Source of the DNA: an uncultured delta proteobacterium
GTDB taxonomy: Bacteria > Myxococcota_A > Polyangia > Fen-1088
DNA: 64,000 bases
Direction: 5' to 3'
Assembly: GCA_963796685.1 (NCBI GenBank)
Contig: CAWCMR010000013.1
Location: 96,001-160,000, forward strand
Program-made: the position numbers and the translations under genes
Part shown: positions 60,078 to 64,000 of the stretch, piece by piece
How the letters are laid out: every line of letters begins with the position of its first letter
Numbering within the stretch: the stretch's first letter is position 1
Notes under the pieces: generated by a model
Databases searched by the model: none
Seen by the model: the letters and a program-made list of their open reading frames with translations, nothing else
What the model was told of the DNA's origin: nothing

Positions 60078-60787
60078 TTTTGGCCGCCGTCCATCGTGCC
60101 GCCGTCCATCGTGCCGCCATCCATGGTGCTGCCATCCGTCGCGCCGCTATCCAGCTCCGGACCCGTGGGGCCCCTGGCGCCACCGTCAGGTGCCTGGCAG
60201 ACGGAGAGACAAGGTCGGTCGATGCAGAGAAGCTGCAGGTGCCCCCGCAGATCGAGATCGACGAGGGGAACACCCGAGTCCCAGGTCTCCACGTGCAGGG
60301 TGGCCGTGGCCGACGTGAGCGGCATGGTGAATCGGGCATGACCATGCCTTGTCGCGCCGGCATCGGGCCAAGCCACGCGCGGATCCGCGAACACGAAGCT
60401 CGACTGCACAGTTCCATCGACAGCCACGAGCTTGGCCAAGAAATAGCCGGCAGCTCCTGTCGTGCCTTTGGCAGGAGGGTTGGCGGACACGCTCACGCCG
60501 GCCTCATCTTGGCGGACCAGATCGACGTCGAGGTCGCTCAGTGCGCCCTTGTCATCCAGCGCAAGGGAGACGGCAAGCACGTAGGGTCGGTCGACACAGG
60601 CGCACCCGTAGGCGCCCTGTCCGGAGCCTGCACACGCCCCGCCATCCGGACGACCACCCGGTGGGTAGTAGTAGCGGCCGCGGAGATCTCCTCCACAACC
60701 CGCTGCCATGATGATCAGCGCCACGCCCAACTCGAACGCTGTCGAGGGCCAGGCGCCAAGAAGGACAGATACGCCTGAGGTTTTCAT
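60074..60787 (-). CDS. Hypothetical lipoprotein with C-terminal TMDGG repeats
   Basis: ...LGVALIIMAAGC lipobox; 15-bp repeats encoding TMDGG x3. Start uncertain. Confidence 0.6.
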   Translation of the reverse strand: MKTSGVSVLLGAWPSTAFELGVALIIMAAGCGGDLRGRYYYPPGGRPDGGACAGSGQGAYGCACVDRPYVLAVSLALDDKGALSDLDVDLVRQDEAGVSVSANPPAKGTTGAAGYFLAKLVAVDGTVQSSFVFADPRVAWPDAGATRHGHARFTMPLTSATATLHVETWDSGVPLVDLDLRGHLQLLCIDRPCLSVCQAPDGGARGPTGPELDSGATDGSTMDGGTMDGGTMDGGQN

Positions 60788-60978
60788 AAGTCCGAAATCT
60801 ACCACCGGCCATCATGCATGCATCCCTGGGTTGCACGCGGTTCTCGCATGGATGCACGGCAGCGACCTGAAATCGTGCCGATGGCGCGGGGTGCTCAGGC
60901 TCCGAAAGCCTACGCGTCGACATGCGGCGCCGCCGTCGTGCTCTTGCGTCCTCAAACCGATCCACAGACCAGATTGGG

Positions 60979-62254
60979 TTAATCCATCGCCTGCCGCACG
61001 CGCGCTTCCAGCTCGTCGACGGCGATCTCCGACTGCTGGCGCGTGGTCAGGTCGCGCAGGATGAGCTTGCCCGAGAGGATCTCGTTGTCGCCCACGATGA
61101 GGGCCAGACGCGCGCGCAGGGCGTCCGCGCGCTTGAGCTGCGCCTTGAGGCCGGCGTCGCGGTGCTCGATCTCGGTGCGGATGCCGGCAAGGCGCAAGCG
61201 GTGGGCGACGGGCAGGGCGAAGGTACGCGCCTTGTCGCCCAGGGCCGCGATGTAGAGGGTGAGGCCGGAGTCGAAGCTTTCCGCGGGCGCGGTCATGGCG
61301 AGGAGCAGCCGCTCCACGCCCAGGCCGAAGCCCATGGCCGGGACCTCGGGGCCGCCCAGGGACGACACCAGGCGATCGTAGCGGCCGCCACCGCACACGG
61401 TGTTCTGCGCACCCAGGTCGCCGACCTTGGCTTTGAGCTCGAAGATCGTGCCGGTGTAATAGTCGAGCCCACGCACGAGTCGCGGATCCAGGCGGCTCTC
61501 CACGCCCAGCGAGGCGAGGTGGCTTTGCACGGCCTCGAAGTGTTGCTTGGATGCGTCGCCGAGCACGTCGAGCAGGATGGGGGCCTGGGCGGCCAGGGCC
61601 TGTACGTCGGGATCCTTCGAATCGAGAATGCGCAGCGGGTTGGTGTCGAGCCGCTTGCGCGAAAACTCGTCGAGCTTGTCGGCGTGGGTCGTGAAGAAGG
61701 TACGCAAGGTCTCGCGGTAGGCCGTGCGCTCGTCGGGCGAGCCCAGGCTGTTGACCGCGACCTCAAGGTCGGAGGTCTTGATGCCGAGGTCGGCGAGCAG
61801 GGCGACGAGCATGGCGATCATTTCGGCGTCGATGGCCGGGCCAGGCAGCCCGAAGACCTCGGCGCCAATCTGGTGGAACTGGCGCAGTCGCCCGCGCTGG
61901 GCGCGCTCGTGGCGGAACATCGGGCCCATGTAGTACCAGCGCGTGACCGGCTCGCGGTTCCACTGCGAGCGCGAGATGTAGGCGCGGACCGCCGAGGCCG
62001 TCCCTTCGGGCCGCATGCTGACGCTGCTGCCGTCGCGGTCATCGAAGGTGTACATCTGCTTTTCCACCACCTCGGTGGCTTCGCCGACCGAGCGGGTGAA
62101 GAGCGGCGTGTACTCGAGGATGGGCGTGCGCAACTCGCGGTAGGCGAAGGCGTCGAGAAGGGTGCGCGCCTTCTCCTCGACGAATTGCCACTTCGCCACC
62201 TCGGGGGGCAGCACGTCGTTCATTCCTTTGACGTTCGGCGGGGAGCTCGTTCAC
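60979..62254 (-). CDS. hisS: Histidyl-tRNA synthetase; apparent one-base frameshift at 62240-62243
   Basis: RPEGTA, GPMFRHER.QRGR.RQFHQ, LVRGLDYY, GGGRYD, GFGLGVERL, QLKRAD. Removing one base from the 4-base run gives MNELPPNVKGMNDVLP from GTG 62254. Confidence 0.97.
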
Positions 62255-62275
62255 GGCGGCTTTATAGCATCTCCT

Positions 62276-63025
62276 CTATTCCACGCGAACCACGGCGGCG
62301 CCAAGGCCAGCGACGACTTGTTCGCAGGCCCGAAGGACCGTGGCTTCGCCGCGACCGTCCAGGGTGATGAGCACCTTGTGGTCGACGGCATCGATGTGCG
62401 GGTAGGAACCGATGGCGACGTCAGGGAAGTCGGCCGCGGCTCGGTCGAGAACGTGGGCGATGGCGCCCTCGCCCTCGCGCGAATAGATGGCGCGACTGAA
62501 GAAGGGCGGGGCGGCGAAGCGATCGCGAATCATGGCGAACTTGCGCTGCATGATCGATGGCACACCGGGCAGGACGTAGACATTGCGATAGGCAACCACG
62601 GGCCAGCACGAATGGGAGACGCCTTCGCCGTAGATGAGGTTGGCGCCTTCGGGCACGTCGGCCATGCGCAGATCGCGCTCGAAGAAATGCTCCCCGCTGT
62701 AGGCGCGAATCATTTCGGCCAGGGCCGGGTCACGCACCACCGGCACCGAGAAGGCCGCGGCGATGGAGGCGATGGTCACGTCGTCGTGCGTGGGGCCGAT
62801 GCCCCCCGTGGTGAAGACCAAGTCGTAGGTTGCGGACAAGGCACGCACCGTGGCCGCGATTTCCGCCGGAACATCGGGAACGACCTCGATCCGGCGCACG
62901 GCCACGCCCAGCTTGCGCAGCTCGCGCACCAGAAACCGCGCGTTCTGCTCCTCGACTTTGCCGGAAAGAACCTCGTCGCCAATCACGACGATGGCGGCGG
63001 TGGGGCCTTGTCTGCTTTCACCCAT
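62276..63025 (-). CDS. CinA-like molybdopterin-binding-domain protein (pyrophosphatase type, no deamidase domain)
   Basis: IGDEVLSG...N, VVPD, TTGGIGPTHDDVT, LPGVP, IGSYP. Confidence 0.9.
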   Translation of the reverse strand: MGESRQGPTAAIVVIGDEVLSGKVEEQNARFLVRELRKLGVAVRRIEVVPDVPAEIAATVRALSATYDLVFTTGGIGPTHDDVTIASIAAAFSVPVVRDPALAEMIRAYSGEHFFERDLRMADVPEGANLIYGEGVSHSCWPVVAYRNVYVLPGVPSIMQRKFAMIRDRFAAPPFFSRAIYSREGEGAIAHVLDRAAADFPDVAIGSYPHIDAVDHKVLITLDGRGEATVLRACEQVVAGLGAAVVRVE

Positions 63026-63061
63026 GGTTTGGGCGCAACCATACCGGGATTTGCGTGTCGT

Positions 63062-64000
63062 TCAAAACACCTCGGTCCAGGAAAAGCGGGTGAAGGCACC
63101 AGTGCCTCCATTGGGCGGGATGGCCCGTCCGGCCGTGACAGAATCCGGCACCAGGTTGGTAATCTCGATGGCCCCGCTTGAGCCGAACAGGTAGATGCGG
63201 CCTCCTAGAATTACCGGGGATGTGACGGGTTCGCTTGCCACGTCGGCACCTAACCGCTGCGTTACGCTACCAGTGGCCGACATTTGGTGGATAGTGAAAT
63301 AGGTCTGCCCTCTCGTGCAGCCGTCTACCGCAGGCACGTACCACATGGTCATGACCTGGAACCCGGACGCGTCCGCCAAGAGCACTCCGAGCGGGGTCGA
63401 TGTTGGTCGCGCATTCAGGGGCATGGAGGTCTGACACGTCACGTGGCCGTTCGAGTCGGTCTGCGTGACGCCACAGATCTCGCTGTCATTGCCCACGGTG
63501 AGCGTGATCATCCCGCCATTGCCCCAGGTCGTGTCCTTGACGATGCTAATAAATTTGCCGTTTGCGTCGGTTTGGGCGGTCTCTTTCCAGAAGATCATCT
63601 TGGACGGTGGCAACGCAGTGGTGTCGAGGTCGAGGTTGGAATTGGTCACTTGCACGGGGAAGATTTGGTGTCCGAACGCGGTGGTTGTCGAGTCTCGGTC
63701 AAGTTGAACGATGGTCGGGGAGAAGTGCAGGGGATGGTTGCAGGTTAGATTCTGGTCGAGGGTGAGTCCGGCGCCGAAGGCATAGCGGAAAAGCTGCCCC
63801 GACGTGTCGCCGAAATAGCCGGCCACGAGCTTGTCGTCCTGGCCCGTGGCGAAATCGCGGGCGGTGGCGACGTCGGTGAGCGCGGTGTACTCTTGCGTGC
63901 AGGTGGCGGTGGGAGCGATTGGGTCGGTCGTCAGAAGATTGCCTGAGGCGGCCGAGGCGGTCACCAGCGCTCGTCCTTGCGTGGTGCTGCCGCTTGTCAC
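63062..64000 (-). CDS. C-terminal part of a PilY1/PilC-like type IV pilus tip protein (partial)
   Basis: AGYFGDTSGQLFRY, WYVP..DGC..GQTYF, terminal FSWTEVF; the open frame continues past the window end. Confidence 0.7.
   Translation of the reverse strand: MTSGSTTQGRALVTASAASGNLLTTDPIAPTATCTQEYTALTDVATARDFATGQDDKLVAGYFGDTSGQLFRYAFGAGLTLDQNLTCNHPLHFSPTIVQLDRDSTTTAFGHQIFPVQVTNSNLDLDTTALPPSKMIFWKETAQTDANGKFISIVKDTTWGNGGMITLTVGNDSEICGVTQTDSNGHVTCQTSMPLNARPTSTPLGVLLADASGFQVMTMWYVPAVDGCTRGQTYFTIHQMSATGSVTQRLGADVASEPVTSPVILGGRIYLFGSSGAIEITNLVPDSVTAGRAIPPNGGTGAFTRFSWTEVF

Noticed and set aside
23994-62254. hisG, tRNA-His and hisS as a functional histidine cluster
   Set aside because: They are 13-23 kb apart with unrelated genes between them, so the co-occurrence is probably coincidence.

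Overview
High-GC chromosomal window, most likely from a Myxococcota (Polyangia-like) bacterium. This is inferred from the giant TPR protein, the ECF/FecR-TPR cassette, and the PEGA and Cys-rich lipoproteins. In order it holds: the 5' part of a large secreted protein missed by the ORF track; a TetR-TolC-MFP-RND efflux operon; guaB-guaA with downstream envelope genes and an ABC1 kinase; an AmmeMemoRadiSam cluster whose soluble components all carry export signals, next to a membrane spermidine-synthase-like protein; an orphan AbiEi-like gene; a metzincin/beta-barrel pair; a divergent stand-alone hisG; an ECF sigma/anti-sigma/vWA cassette; a hybrid kinase; CstA with a fused YbdD/YjiX-like tail; an rRNA methyltransferase; tRNA-His; an OmpA pair; a ~3,740-aa TPR protein; an XPB-Bax1(DUF790) helicase-nuclease pair; YceI; a GT-C-like membrane protein; a DacZ-like diadenylate cyclase; a Rieske-reductase fusion; hisS; a CinA-like gene; and the 3' end of a PilY1-like gene. 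Six apparent single-base frameshifts, one in essential hisS, point to assembly indels. Several genes look leaderless. Intergenic regions carry several small repeat families. I saw no CRISPR array, transposase or integrase. All family assignments come from motif recognition, not database searches.
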